Below the pieces are notes generated by a model. It did not search any database and had not been told where the DNA came from. It saw only the letters and a list, made by a program, of their open reading frames with translations. Of a stretch of DNA of 64,000 nucleotides, positions 13,384 through 25,542 are shown one piece after another. This stretch comes from Takakia lepidozioides (Eukaryota > Plantae > Bryophyta), in contig CM060734.1 in the NCBI GenBank assembly GCA_030704615.1, positions 21,266,001 through 21,330,000 on the forward strand. Reading direction: 5' to 3'. The position numbers and the translations under genes are program-made. Each line of letters opens with the position of its first letter. The first letter of the stretch is position 1.

Positions 13384-13395
13384 TGGTATCAGAGC
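13384..13395 (+). promoter_or_regulatory. Primer-binding site (tRNA-iMet type)
   Basis: TGGTATCAGAGC, 2 nt after the 5' LTR. Confidence 0.95.
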
Positions 13396-13436
13396 TTAGA
13401 GTTCAGTACGCGATCGTCCTTGGGATTGGCCTCATC

Positions 13437-16400
13437 ATGGGGTCGGGCAAGCCGAAGCGAAAGCGGAACGGCCCAAAAGATGATGATCCCGGTGAGCCCG
13501 ATGGGGGCGGCGTGTCACCGAGGCGGCCGTTTGAGGAAGCGATGCATGTTTCCGAAAACGAGGCCGCTCAAGAGCGGGAGGAATCCGAGGAGTCAGAGCC
13601 CGAGGAATCCTTGAGAGCTCCGACAAACCAAGAGATGCCTCCCATGCCGGCAGCCTTTTGGGAAGGGTTGTTGGCGCAGTTTGGCGGGACGTTGAAAGAC
13701 CTGTTGAAGGCGGCTAATGCCACTTCCGCTAAGGCAAAGTTTAAGGTGAAGCCTAAGGAACCCGGCACCTTCGAGGGCGTCCGAAATCGGAAGGCACTCA
13801 ACACCTGGCTCTTGGAGCTAGAGCAGTACTTCCGGGCGGCCAAGTTGAGTGACGAGGGTCGGGTGGAAGTGGCTCCCACCTATTTGAGGGGCTATGCTCA
13901 ACAATGGTGGCAGAAACGCCTTCACAACCGAGGTCCAAGCCCGGAAACCTTGAACTGGAGTGGGTTCAAGGAATTGATGAAGAGACAGTTTGTGCCCCTC
14001 AACGCGTCCTGGCTCGCCCGGGACAAGATGAGGAATTTGAAGCAAACAGATGACATTCGGGGGTATGTCCAGGCTTTCAATGTGCTGTTGCTCGAAGTCG
14101 TGGACATGGCAGAACCAGAAATGGTCTTCAACTTTGTGGCGGGACTGGCCCCATGGGCCAGGCGGAAGTTGGAGGAGAAGCCACCCAAGACTTTGAACGA
14201 GGCTATTGAGAGGGCTGAATGTTTCTCAGATGTCCCTAGGGGTGAAAGACAAGGCCGTACGGAGCTGAACCACAAGAAGATTCGGCGGGAAGGTGACTCC
14301 TTCCGACCGGAAAAGAAGTGGGATAGGCCACGCGGCGAAATGGCACGTGGAAATCGAAGGGAGGGCCTTCACACGTCAAGGCGGCACCCGGTGCTTCGAA
14401 AGGAAAAGCGGGTGGAGCGGCTTATGGCGGACAGAAGGCGACCTTTGATGGAGTGTGTTTCAATTGCGGGGAGCCCGGGCACATGGCCAAGAAGTGCACG
14501 AAGCCCCGGCAATTGAACATGACTCGGGCGACCATGGAGCTGTCGGAAGATACCATCAGTCGTTTGGTGGAAGCGGTGGTCGCCAGGACTTGCAAGGAGC
14601 CTCGCACTCCTTCATGACACCGGCAACGGCACAAAAGCTGGGACTCCCGACAAGTGACGTGGGGGCCTCTATTGAGGTGCATTCTGCCAAAGGAGAACCA
14701 CAGTTGGCGACAAGGTTGGCGATTGATGTTCCTCTTCAACTGGGGAGTTGGGAGGGACGTGAGAACTTCACCATCTGCGAGATTGATGGAGTGGATCTCA
14801 TTTTGGGGATGACCTTTTTGAGCAAATCCGGAGCGGTCATAGATGGCTGCAAGAAAATAGTCACGCTGCCATGTGGGAATGGTGGCGAGGTTTTACGAGT
14901 GTCAGAAACGCCCAAATCCGTGGGAGGGCGAATAAACCTTCTGTCAGCAAAGGAGTGGGCCGTGGAGGAGGCACACGAGCCCCAATTTTTGCTTTACATT
15001 AGAGAAGTGAAGGGAGAAGGCGATGGGGAGCCGAGCCCAGATTGGATCAAGGGGATCTTGGAGAAATACCAGGATGTGATGCCGGAGGATTTACCAAGCG
15101 GCTTGCCACCGCGAAGAGGAGTTGACCACAAGATTGAGGTGATACCGGGATCAGAACCGCCTGCCAAGGCGCCCTACCGGTTGAGCCATAGAGAGTTGGT
15201 CGAGCTGAAGACTCAGCTCAAGGATCTAATGTCAAAGGGGTACATCCGGCCGAGTAAGTCACCTTACGGAGCCCCGGTGCTATTTGCAGACAAGAAGGAT
15301 GGGACGCTGCGGATGTGTGTCGATTACAGGGCTCTGAATAAGGTGACTATCAAAAACCGGTACCCTTTGCCAAGGATCGACGACCTCTTCGATCGGTTGG
15401 CAGGAGCGAAGTATTTCAGCCGGATCGACTTGCGCTCCGGCTATCACCAAATTCGGGTGGCAGAAGGAGATGAGGAGAAGACCGCGTGCAGACAAGGTAT
15501 GGTTCATATGAGTTCTTGGTGATGCCTTTTGGGCTCACCAATGCACCAGCGACATTTAGCACGCTGATGAACAGCCTTTTCCAGGAGTGGTTGGATGACT
15601 TTGTGATCGTGTACATCGACGACATCTTGGTGTACTCGAAAACAAAGGAGGAGCACCTGGAGCACCTCAAAAGGGTGTTCCAAAAATTGCGGGAAGGGAA
15701 GCTGTATGCCAAAGCTTCAAAGTGCGAATTTGGCGTCACAAAAGTGGAGTTCCTGGGGCAAGTGATTACACAGGATGGGATCAAAATGGATGACAGAAAG
15801 GTGAGGGCGATCTTGGACTGGGAGCCTCCGACTTCGGTCCCGGGAGTGCGATCCTTCCTAGGACTCGCCTCCTATTACCGGAAGTATGTGAGAAATTTTG
15901 CCAAGATCGCGGGGCCGCTGTCGGACCTTCTGTGTAAATCCAAAGTCTGGGTATGGAACACATTTTGTGGCCAAGCTTTTGCTGAATTGAAGCAGCGGAT
16001 GACGGAAGCTCCAGTCTTGAAAATCCCGGAGTTCGATCGTCCGTTTGAGATTCATACAGATGCATCGGACTTCGCGATTGGGGGTGTACTTATGCAAGAT
16101 GGACGTCCAGTGGCTTACGAAAGTAAGAAACTGAATGAAGTGGAGCGACGGTGGCCGACGCACGAAAAAGAGATGAAGGTGGTGGTGCATTGCCTTGAGC
16201 TCTGGCGCCACTATATTGGTTCCAACCCAGTGAAGGTGTTCACGGACAATGTCACGGTGAAGTATTTTGCCACGCAGCCCAAGTTGTCCCCAAAACAACT
16301 TAGGTGGCAAGATACTTTGGCAGTGTTCGACGTGGATATCCAGTACAAACCGGGACGGGACAATGTGGTGGCCGATGCTTTAAGTAGAAAGCAGCAGCTC

Positions 16401-17878
16401 TTGTTGGTGTACAAGGGCAAGACGGCGCTCCAAAGGAAGATCCGGAAGGCTTGCCGGAAGGATGAGCTGGCAAAGTCCGTGATGCAGGACTTGAGAATGG
16501 GGGTTAAATCGCAGTTCCACTTGCAAAATGGACTGCTCCGGTATAAGCAAAAACGTCTCTACGTGCCGAAGGGAGGGATCAGAGATAGCCTCTTGAGAGA
16601 ATGCCATGATAGCCCGCTTGCGGGCCACGGCGGAGCCAAGCGCACTGCGGCACTCTTGAAGAAAAAGTATTTCTGGCCCAAACTGAGGGAGGAGGCAGAG
16701 GAGTATGTCAAGACATGCACCACATGCCAACAAAACCGGAGCGAGTACAAAAAGCAAGCGGGGCTGTTACAACCCTTGCCGATTCCAGAGGGGACTTGGG
16801 AAAGCGTCTCGATGGATTTCATGACTGCTATGCCGCTGTCAAAAGGATTGATGCAATCATGGTGGTGGTAGATAGGTTCAATAAAATGGGCCATTTCATC
16901 CCCACCAAGGAGACGGCAACGGCGCAAGAGACAAGGCGACTTTACTTTGCCCACGTCTTAAAGCATCATGGAGTCCCGAAGGATATTGTCTCGGACCGCG
17001 ATCCAAAGTTTACGAGTAAATTCTGGAGAGCACTTTGGAAGAAGATGGGGACGAGGCTGAAGATGAGCACCGCCTTCCGACCTACAACGGACGGCCAAAC
17101 GGAAAGAGTGAATTCCGTAGTGAAGCAATTCTTGCGGAATTACGTGTCGGCAGACCAATCAGACTGGATGGAACACTTAGATGCGGCAGAGTTCTGTTAT
17201 AATAACACAGAACACTCCGCAACGGGAGTTTCCCCTTTCGTATTGGTCTATGGAAAAGCACCTCTGGTGCCGACAAGTTGGGCCGCCCAGGACGTTGAGG
17301 AACCGGCAGTAGCGGCGGTACTGGAAGAACGCGAGCGTTTGTTGAAGCTCGCAAAGTACAACATTGCCAAAGCCAGGAAACGGTATGAAAGGCAGGCGAA
17401 TCGGAAGCGGAGGGAAGTGAAGTTTGAGGCAGGCACAGAGGTCTGGTTGAACATCAAGAATTTCCGACTACCTCTGGAAGTGAGTCCGAAGTTCGTACCT
17501 CCGTATGCGGGACCCTTTCGCATTCGGAAGGTTATGAATGAGGATGTGTATGAATTGGAGCTGCCGGCAAACAGCAAAGTGCACCCAGTATTCAATGTCT
17601 CCCTTTTGAAGCCTTACTTCAAAGATGAAGCGCGTCCGAATCGGCATCAAGTGTTGCGTCCGCCACCTATGCTGTTGGATCATGAAAATGAACCTGAGTA
17701 CGAGGTGGAGGCAATACTTAAGTCGAGGAGGTTCAGGAACCGAGAAACGGAGTATCTCGTCAAATGGAAGGGCTATCATCAGGTGGAGGCATCTTGGGTG
17801 CGTGCCTCAGAAATGGGAAACGCATCTGAGACGGTCGCAGCTTTCGAAGAGCGACCTCAAAAGCGGAAGAAGAGTTGA
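13437..17878 (+). pseudogene. gag-pol polyprotein (Gag, zinc knuckle, PR, RT, RNase H, IN, chromodomain), frameshifted
   Basis: [38 protein letters not shown] and core, GPF, chromodomain EYEVEAILKSR...YLVKWKGY. Several frameshifts and a deletion removing the protease DTG. Confidence 0.95.
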
Positions 17879-18779
17879 TGGGGACATCTTGGAGCGTGGG
17901 GGAGGAAATGCATGCTTAGTCCGGCTTAGCTAGCTTAGGAATCCGATTGCAAAAACTTGTATTGTACCAAAACGTGCTATAAATGAAATGGATTCCAAAT
18001 GTTGTGCGTCCTATTTTGTTTGGAATGGTGATGCATGGTATGGTTGGCTAGTGTGTAGAATGCATGCTAGCTTATAAAAGTGGGTGAGGTAAATTGGGTT
18101 AATCGTGTGTTTGTGTAGTGCCAAAATCGGGTGACCCCCATCCGAGGGGCAAGGAAACTTGCGCCTTCCTTGGGAGTTCACGTGCTAGTGCGCACCTGGC
18201 GCGTGCGCGTACTATAACTGCGCTACCGAGGGGGTTGCCTTGTAGTGCGGGCTAACGCGGAAGCTACGTGCTTCCGTTCACGTACTATAATCGTGTAGCC
18301 TCGGGACGAAGTCGTAGTGCGGCTTCGGCGTGTTCCCGTACCTCAGGCCAGCATTCCAAGGCGGACCCAATTGTAGTGATTGGGGCGCACGGTTGGTTCA
18401 AGGTTATCTTCCTAGTCAAAGAGGGTTCCAGGGAACCCTTGCTCAAGGTGATGCCAAAAGCGGCATCATGAGCGATCGCAAGCAATGTTGTTGCAGTAAG
18501 GCGATTCGATCCTCAAGGAGGATCGTTCCTTGGCCTTGAAGTAGGCCAAGAAGAGTGCACTGGGAGGAGCTGGAGAGGCTCCACCCTTGGCCGGGACTTG
18601 GAGGAAGTCGGCCGAACTAGCTAGTGGAGAGTAGAGTCAAGTGTGGGGTTTGGTTCTTTGCCATGGGACGCCATGGTACAGAAACAAACTCCTTGATGTG
18701 GGACGCCACAACTTGGATCTTCGTTTCTACAAAATGGACAAGTCGATGAGGACATCGACTCCCTGTTGGTAGGGGTGTG

Positions 18780-19506
18780 TGTCGCGGCCCCTTGCCTTGA
18801 GGGCAGGGGGTCGGGACACATGAGGGGCTGCCCCTGTGGTGGGGGCAGCGGCAGCGATAGGTATGGGGGGCTGAAGCACCCTTGAGTGCCCAAGGCACTC
18901 AGGGAAGCGGAGGCGCTCACTAGGTGGAGCCCCGCACACCGGGTTGCGGTGGGGGTGGCTCCACAAGGGGTGGTGGTAGCTTAGTGGGACTTAGTGGGGG
19001 TGGCATAGGACTCACCATGGGGGCGGAGACCTCGTGGTGGGAGTCGTGGGGAGTCTTGGGACTCATCACGGTCCATAGGGGCCGTGGTGAGCGGGCCAAG
19101 ACTCACCGCGACTCACCACCGGGAATCGAGGGTCTTCGTGGTGGTTCGCCATAAAATGGCATGGCTGGTTGTGAAACCCCCGCGGACAGCTACAGAAGTA
19201 TATATAGGGAGTAGTAACCCCGAGAACGGTGCAAGCCCGTTGGTGACCAAAAACTAGTGAGTGAGCGAGCGAGCCGGAAAGCGACCAAAGAGTGGGGAGC
19301 TGTTCCGGACTGCCAACTACCAAAGGGAATTCCCGCTGGTTCCAAATCGGTGGAGGGTTCTTTGGGAGAACAAAGGGGGACCGTTATGCCCCGGTGAGCA
19401 GCCGAAGCTCCAAGTTGGCCCGGCGGCCAGGTTGGGAGTCAGGCGCGCGCATCAAAGCGAGTAACTATGACTTGAAGGGGAGCTTACCGAAGTGAGGTGC
19501 GCGATA
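18780..19506 (+). repeat. 3' LTR of chromovirus copy 1
   Basis: Direct repeat of 12655-13381, followed by TSD CAGCA. Confidence 0.97.
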
Positions 19507-19583
19507 CAGCAAGGATGAAAAAACATGAAATATCATCCAAGGCAACGGTTAAAAACCTCACAAGTAATTCATCATTCCAATTT

Positions 19584-19790
19584 CTCATCCGGTATGGATG
19601 AAAAAAGACCATAAAAGATGAATGAAAAATTAGTATCATGGCTGTTATTATCCGGTATGGATGAAAAACAGGATGACAGTGGCAACCCCCACAGAGATAA
19701 TTCCTCATCCTCTGGTGACTCATCCGGTATGGATGAAAAATTGTTAGAGGATGGATGATAAATTATCAAAATTCATCCGGTATGGATGAA
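19584..19790. repeat. Four TCATCC-GGTAT-GGATGA palindromes; the array continues left of the chromovirus (~12419-12604)
   Basis: Copies near 19585, 19647, 19720 and 19773; degenerate copies at ~12419 and ~12586. Confidence 0.85.
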
Positions 19791-19945
19791 AAAACATGAA
19801 ATCAAAACTGATAAAACCGGCCGATTCCAAGAAGCGAGGGAGATTGAGGGAGATAGAATGAAACCAAAAAAAAAAATGCGGGGGGGGGGAGCTGCTGCTC
19901 AGTCACCCCCCCCCCCCACATTTTTATTTATTTTTTGATTTCCTG

Positions 19946-20120
19946 ATCTGTCCCTCTTTCTCCCCCTCTCTATCCCTCTCTGTCCCTCTGTCCCTCTCCC
20001 TGTCTCTCCCACTCTGTCCCTCTCTTTTGTGTCTGTCCCTCTCCCACTCTGTCCCTCTCTTTTGTGTCTGTCCCTCTCCCTCTTTCTTTTTAACTTTTTC
20101 TGCCCCTTCTCTCCCTGTCT
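19946..20120. repeat. CT-rich low-complexity minisatellite (ctgtccctct)n
   Basis: Repeated tctgtccctct(ct) units. Confidence 0.85.
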
Positions 20121-20129
20121 GTTTTGTTT

Positions 20130-22080
20130 GGGTCAAGAGGAAGAAAGACAACAATTGGAAGAAGAGGGCGGACTTGCAAAAAGAGCCCGGATCAACGAAG
20201 CAACCACGAGTGCAATGGCAGTAAACATCTTCAACTCAACGGCTGAGTCCACACTGCAGAGAGAAAGAGAGAATCAACAGCCAGAAGGAGGGGACCAGCC
20301 GCAGACCAATGAAGCAACACCCATGGAAATTGGCCATGTTAACACCGAAATCCAGCAAACAACACCTGCAGAGGAGGAAGCCATAGTGGTGCAGCAACAG
20401 CAGGTGGTACAAGAGGCACAAAGTCAGCAGCAGCAAGACAATAATTCTAATTTGGAATTACTACTCGCACAGCAGGTCCTGGATACAACAGCATGGGACA
20501 CAAGTTTGGAAAAAATGCCATAGAATGTAATTCTGCAGGAAATACAAGCGTTGGGTCAAGTAACGGCCTACATGGATAGGACCAAGGATTACATAAGCCC
20601 GGAGAACCTTAGCATGATCTTGGACCACATCAAAGAAAAACACCAGAAGGAATTGGCGACAGCAAGAACAATATGTAATCACGAGGTTACAATCGCATCA
20701 TTAGAGGATCAAAAGACTACCCTGCTTCGCCAATACAACACTTTAATAGAACGCCGAGACGAGTGGGAACAGAGGTGGCAAAGACAGAGAGATAAAACAC
20801 GCAGTCCATGCCGACCTCAATGCAGAAAGAGAGCGATCTCGGAAAACGGAGACAGAGGTGGAAACACTCACATGACAGGTGTAGACACTTAAGGGACAGG
20901 TGGATACACTCAAGGGGCAGCTGAGGACTGTCAAACAACAGGGAACCAAGTGGTTCTTATGCAATACTGTACTGCTGAGAGAAAGGGAAAATGCAAAAAG
21001 TAGGCTATTCACAACTAACACAGAGAGAGAAATTGCGTTACACAACGAACAGGAATGGAAGCAGCAGCTGGAGAAGCTGACACTGCAAGCAGAGCTAGAT
21101 GCAGCAGACGCAGCCTTGGCCCGAGCATGGTTGAGTGAAGGAAGTGAGCTAGAAATGAAGAAACTCAACAGGGCAATGATAAAACAAATGAAGTGTCAGT
21201 TGGCGAAATTGGTGACAGACATTCACGAGGAATTCCTGCCACCAATTCCAGAACAAGAGGAGCTCACGAATGAGGACGACCAAGAGGAGCAAGACCATGA
21301 ACAGGAAGCACCAATACAATCAACAACAACAACACCAGCACAAACACCACCAACAACACAACCACCACCAAGTCAACAGGCACCGATACAAGCCACAACA
21401 GGGCCATCTACTCAGGAGGTAAACCTCGTACCATTACCAAGTGTTCTGGTGGCATCAACTTCAGTAGCAGATTTCCAAATCATGCCATGCAAGCAGGATG
21501 GGGAGTGGCTAAAGTATTCAGAGGAATACTTTAAAATGATGATAGTCCCAGCCCACCAAATCCCAAAAGTACTAGAGAAGGTATTCAAAGCTTTAACCCC
21601 CTGCAGGTCATTGGGTCAATTGCATTTGCTCAATCAAACTCTCATATCTTTGAGATACAGGATGAGACCACTGGCTAGGGAGGAGACATGGTCAAGGGCA
21701 GAATTGGTTGAATTCTGGCACCAGGCTCCCTTAGAGTATAAGGAGCTGGTCGCTTACATGTGGGTAGTGGGGCAATTGAAGATTAATCCTACCCCGGCAG
21801 TAGACGTTGTAATGGGCTACCCATGTTTTTATATTGGCAGCTACTTATACCGGATGTTCGTCACAATGAGGGGAAGCTGGCAGCGCTATGAGAGTATTGA
21901 CAGGGATATTCATTGTGAATTACCCAAATTCTAGCCACCAGAGAGAGTCTCAGGCACTTCAACATATACGAACAGACCACTATATGCTGAAGCATGGCGC
22001 CAGGCGAAAGACCACTTTTCACCATTGGTCCTGGACAAAAACCACCCCTTCAAAGAAACGGGGACGCAAGCTGTTAACTG
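20130..22080 (+). pseudogene. Degraded coiled-coil, Q/E/T/P-rich accessory ORF of an LTR retrotransposon 3' region, interrupted at 22080
   Basis: Collinear pieces 20029-20523, 20551-20892 and 20900-21934. The frame (..TQAVN|WLMGSR..) resumes on the minus strand at 32606 and leads to a PPT and LTR. Confidence 0.6.
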
Positions 22081-22429
22081 TGTCAAGTTATTTTACCACT
22101 AGTATGAAACTAGCTAGAAAATAGCTAGTTTTTACATATTGACATTTGGGATTGGCCCAAGTGTCAATCCAGGGGTCAAGGCAGATTTAGGCCCTGGAGT
22201 GGTTATCTTCACGGCACGCACGGGAGGCTCATCTTTCTCGAGTGATATCGAAGAAGAATACAAGCACAAGCTCATGCGAGCTCACAAAGCTGAAGCATAA
22301 ACTCATGCATATATAACCTCATCACTCAAATACAAGTCAAGCCAAGTGCACCCCACGCCATGGGGAATCCACACTACGGCGTCCTAAACCCTAAACCCTA
22401 AACTTCGTTATCACTCGAGAAAGATCAGC
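22081..22429 (+). repeat. 5' terminal repeat block: A (22081-22242), B (22243-22381), ~3 CCCTAAA units, and a 27-bp inverted repeat bracketing B
   Basis: A is the reverse complement of 32965-33126. B is a direct match to 32800-32938. 22227-22253 pairs with 22403-22429. Confidence 0.9.
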
Positions 22430-23129
22430 TCGAGTCTGTGAGTGCCAGATTCGAGATGTTTTGTAGCACTTGTGTTTTCATGAGAAGCGGTTCAGCCTAG
22501 AGTGCAGGGATCCGTGCATGACCCTATCCAAAGTGGATAGAGTGCAAAGGCAAACAGGTTGCAGGTTTGCAATGGATAGAGAGGCGGGTAGCCTATGTTG
22601 AAGAGCGGCGTTGCATAGCTCAACGCTATGGCAACCAAGTTTGGGCTTCTAGTGTGAAGCGGGGAGATGCTGGTCTCGAGTGGATGAACTAGTGGTCGTC
22701 TTCTTCAGCTGCAGGCCAAGTTAAGGAGCTGCAGCAATGTGGAGCTGCGAGGGTGTTAGATGTAAGTCACAGTTATCGGGAGCTCCAACTTCAAGCTCAT
22801 AAGGAGGTATGAGTGAAGAGAGATGGCTGATTTCTCTTGTATGCAAGCCAATGCATTTGTGGCTATGTTGAGTTGGGGGTTTCAATCTGAAACTCCAGCG
22901 GTATGAGGGCTCTTGCCATGGCAAGAGCGGGGCTGGAACAGGAGCTAAGAGGTGCGGCAAGGCCATGGAATGTGCACCTAGGGTTTCAGAGCTTGGAAGA
23001 AAAGTTCTTGCACCACAAGAGGAGTGTCTTGTGGCTGGAAATGTAAGCCTTAGGGTTTCAGGAGCTTGGCAAAGGCTGTGGAGTGCTTAGTCTTGTCTTA
23101 GAGAGCATCAAGGAGCCAAGGAGCCAAGA

Positions 23130-23600
23130 TAGGGGGCTGATATCTCTTGTGTGAAGAGGTTGCATGTGTGGAGCATGTATTCAGCTCATTGAAGCTTCCA
23201 TCTTCAAGCTTGGAGGGCAAGCAAGGAAGAGGGAAGGGCTGACTTTCCCTTATGTGAGGGCAATGCATGTGTGGAGCATGCTATCAGCCTGGTGAAGGCT
23301 TGTACTTTCAGGTGTGGGAGTGCAAGAAAGGAAGGAAAGGGCTGGTTTCCCTGTAGGGCATGTGGAGCATGCTTTCAGCCTGCTGAAGCTTGTATTTTCA
23401 GGTTTGTGGGTGCAAGAAATGAAGCAAAGGAGCTGATTCTCTTATGGTGAGAGTGGGGCATGTGTGGAGCATGCCTTCAGCCCATTGAGGCTCTTGTTTT
23501 CAAGCTTTAGAGAGCTAGAACGGAAGGTCTAGGGCTGGTTTCCACTTGGAGTGAAAGAAAAGCACTTGTAGGGCCTATGTGAGTTGGGGTTTCAACTTCA
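23130..23600. repeat. Diverged ~100-bp tandem repeat (core GCATGTGTGGAGCATG) in the 5' leader
   Basis: Core at ~23162, 23265, 23358 and 23458; a related unit at ~22853. Confidence 0.8.
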
Positions 23601-23979
23601 AGCTTGAAGGGAGTGCAACTCTTGAAGCAGCAGGTGTAGGGGGCTGGAATAGGCTCTAAGACAGATGCTATGGCCAAGGAGAGTGCTTGAATGAGTGCTC
23701 ACAAGGGCTGGGAACCAGCAGGGCTTGGTTGTTTGCCATTGAGTTTAGTGGCATGTTTGGGGAGGCTAAGTGAGAAAGAAGGCTTGGTTTGTGGCAACCA
23801 CCTCATGGCTTAGGGCTACTATGGTGGTGTGTGGGAGCCAAAAGAGCAAGAATACCTTGCTGATTTCCTCACAGCCGCCATAGCTCGGTGGAAAGAAGCC
23901 TAGAGTCCAAGAGACACAAACCCTAGCTTGGCGTGGCTAAACCCCTTGGAGAAATGGCTAAACTGCCAGAGCGGCCATG

Positions 23980-24900
23980 GATGGGGCTGTGACGGGCTGT
24001 GAGGGCCTGTGCCGGTGGCCTTCGGGGCTGTGACAGGCTATGCCCGTGGCCTGTGGGGGGCTGTGACAGGCTGTGCCCATGGCCTTTGGGGCTGTGAGGG
24101 GTTGTGACGGGTTGTGACGGGCTGTGCCCGTGGCCTTTGGGCTGTGATGGGCTGTGAGGGGCTGTGACAGGCCGTGCCCGAGGCCTTTGGGGCTGTGACG
24201 GGCTGTGAGGGGCTCTGACAGGCCGTGCCTGAGGCCTTTGGGGCTGTGAGGGGTTGTGCCGGGCTGCGCCGGTGGCCTTCAGGGCTGTGACGGGCTGTGC
24301 CGGGCTGTGAGGGGCTGTCACGGGCTGCACCGGTGGCCTTCGGGGCTATGACGGTCTGTGAGGGCCTGTGAGGGCCTGTGCCGGTGGCCTTTGGGGTTGT
24401 GACGGGCTGTGAGGGCCTATGATGGGCTGCGCCGGTGGCCTTGGGGGCTGTGATGGGCTGTGAGGGGCTGTGCCGGTGGCCTTTTGGGGCTATGACAGGC
24501 TGTGCCCGTGGCCTTTAGGGCTGTGATGGGCTGTGAGGGGCTGTGACAGGCCGTGCCTGAGGCCTTTGGGGCTGTGACAGGTTGTGCCTAGTGGCCTGTG
24601 GGGTGTGACGGGTTGTGCGGGGCTGTGACAGGCTATGCCCAGTGGCCTGTGGGGCCGTGACAGGCTGTGACAGGCTGTGGCGAGCTGTGACGGGCTGTGA
24701 CAGGCTGTGGCGGACTGTGCCCTGTGGCCTGTGGGGCTGTGACGGGCTGTGACAGGATGTGACGAGCTGTGACGGGCTATGAGGGGCTGTGACAGACTGT
24801 GCCCAGTGGTCTGTGGGATTGTGACGGCTGTGACCAGTGAGCTGTGTGGGCCTCTGCTGGTCTGTGGTGGCCTGTGTTGACCTGTGGACGGCCTGTGCTG
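23980..24900. repeat. (GGGCTGTGAC/G)n minisatellite with higher-order units in the 5' leader
   Basis: Dozens of gggctgtga(c/g) decamers interleaved with ccggtggcc(t). Confidence 0.95.
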
Positions 24901-25542
24901 ACTCGTGGAGGCACTGGTGGACTGCCTAAGGACTGGCATGTGGTCTTGAAGGCCGAATTTTGAAGCTCGTGGAGGGCGGTTTGAGGAGTATCTTCATGAT
25001 ATTCCCATGGTCATGCAAGTGAGGGAAGAGAGGAGAGGAAGAGTGTTGGGATGAGGGCATGCTGGGGTTAGGCATTGCTTTAGCTTCTCTTCCTCATAGT
25101 TTCCACCCTCTCATTAGGCCAAGACCTTTCCGTAGGTGGAGGCAAGAGTCAGTCCGGGTTTGGGCTGGGGTGTCTTTGGTGTGGGGGAGTTGTCGTTCTG
25201 ATTTCTTGTGTTTGGATCCCCTCCATACCTGCATGCTTGACTGTGCGCCATGCTAGTTTTGTGTGGGCGCTTGTTTTTATAGGTGATTGGTCCGGATTTG
25301 ATCACCGGCCAGTCCTAGAGCATGCTGTCATGGTGAGGCTGGGGTGATGACCAGCCAGACCATCATTGTTTCTCCTGTGGTGAGGTTGGAGGTGATGACC
25401 AGCCAACCATAGGAGTGCTTGCGGTGGATGCAGATATAGGTGTAGGCTATGTTAGGAACTTAGTATTCCAAACCATAAGCCGCAACAGGTTCTCTACCCG
25501 GTTACCTTGTGGAGAGGGGGTTAGGGACATGTTCATGACCGG

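Larger units (their letters stand above)
12655..19506 (+). mobile_element. Full-length Ty3/gypsy chromovirus, copy 1
   Basis: Two 727-bp LTRs, 5-bp TSD CAGCA (12650-12654 / 19507-19511), PBS, and gag-PR-RT-RH-IN-chromodomain order. Confidence 0.97.

Noticed and set aside
18110-18400. Hammerhead or twister ribozyme
   Set aside because: No CUGANGA...GAAA core or twister consensus recognised on either strand.
23923-24939. Pro/Ser/His-rich ORFs
   Set aside because: Translations of the GGGCTGTGAC minisatellite.
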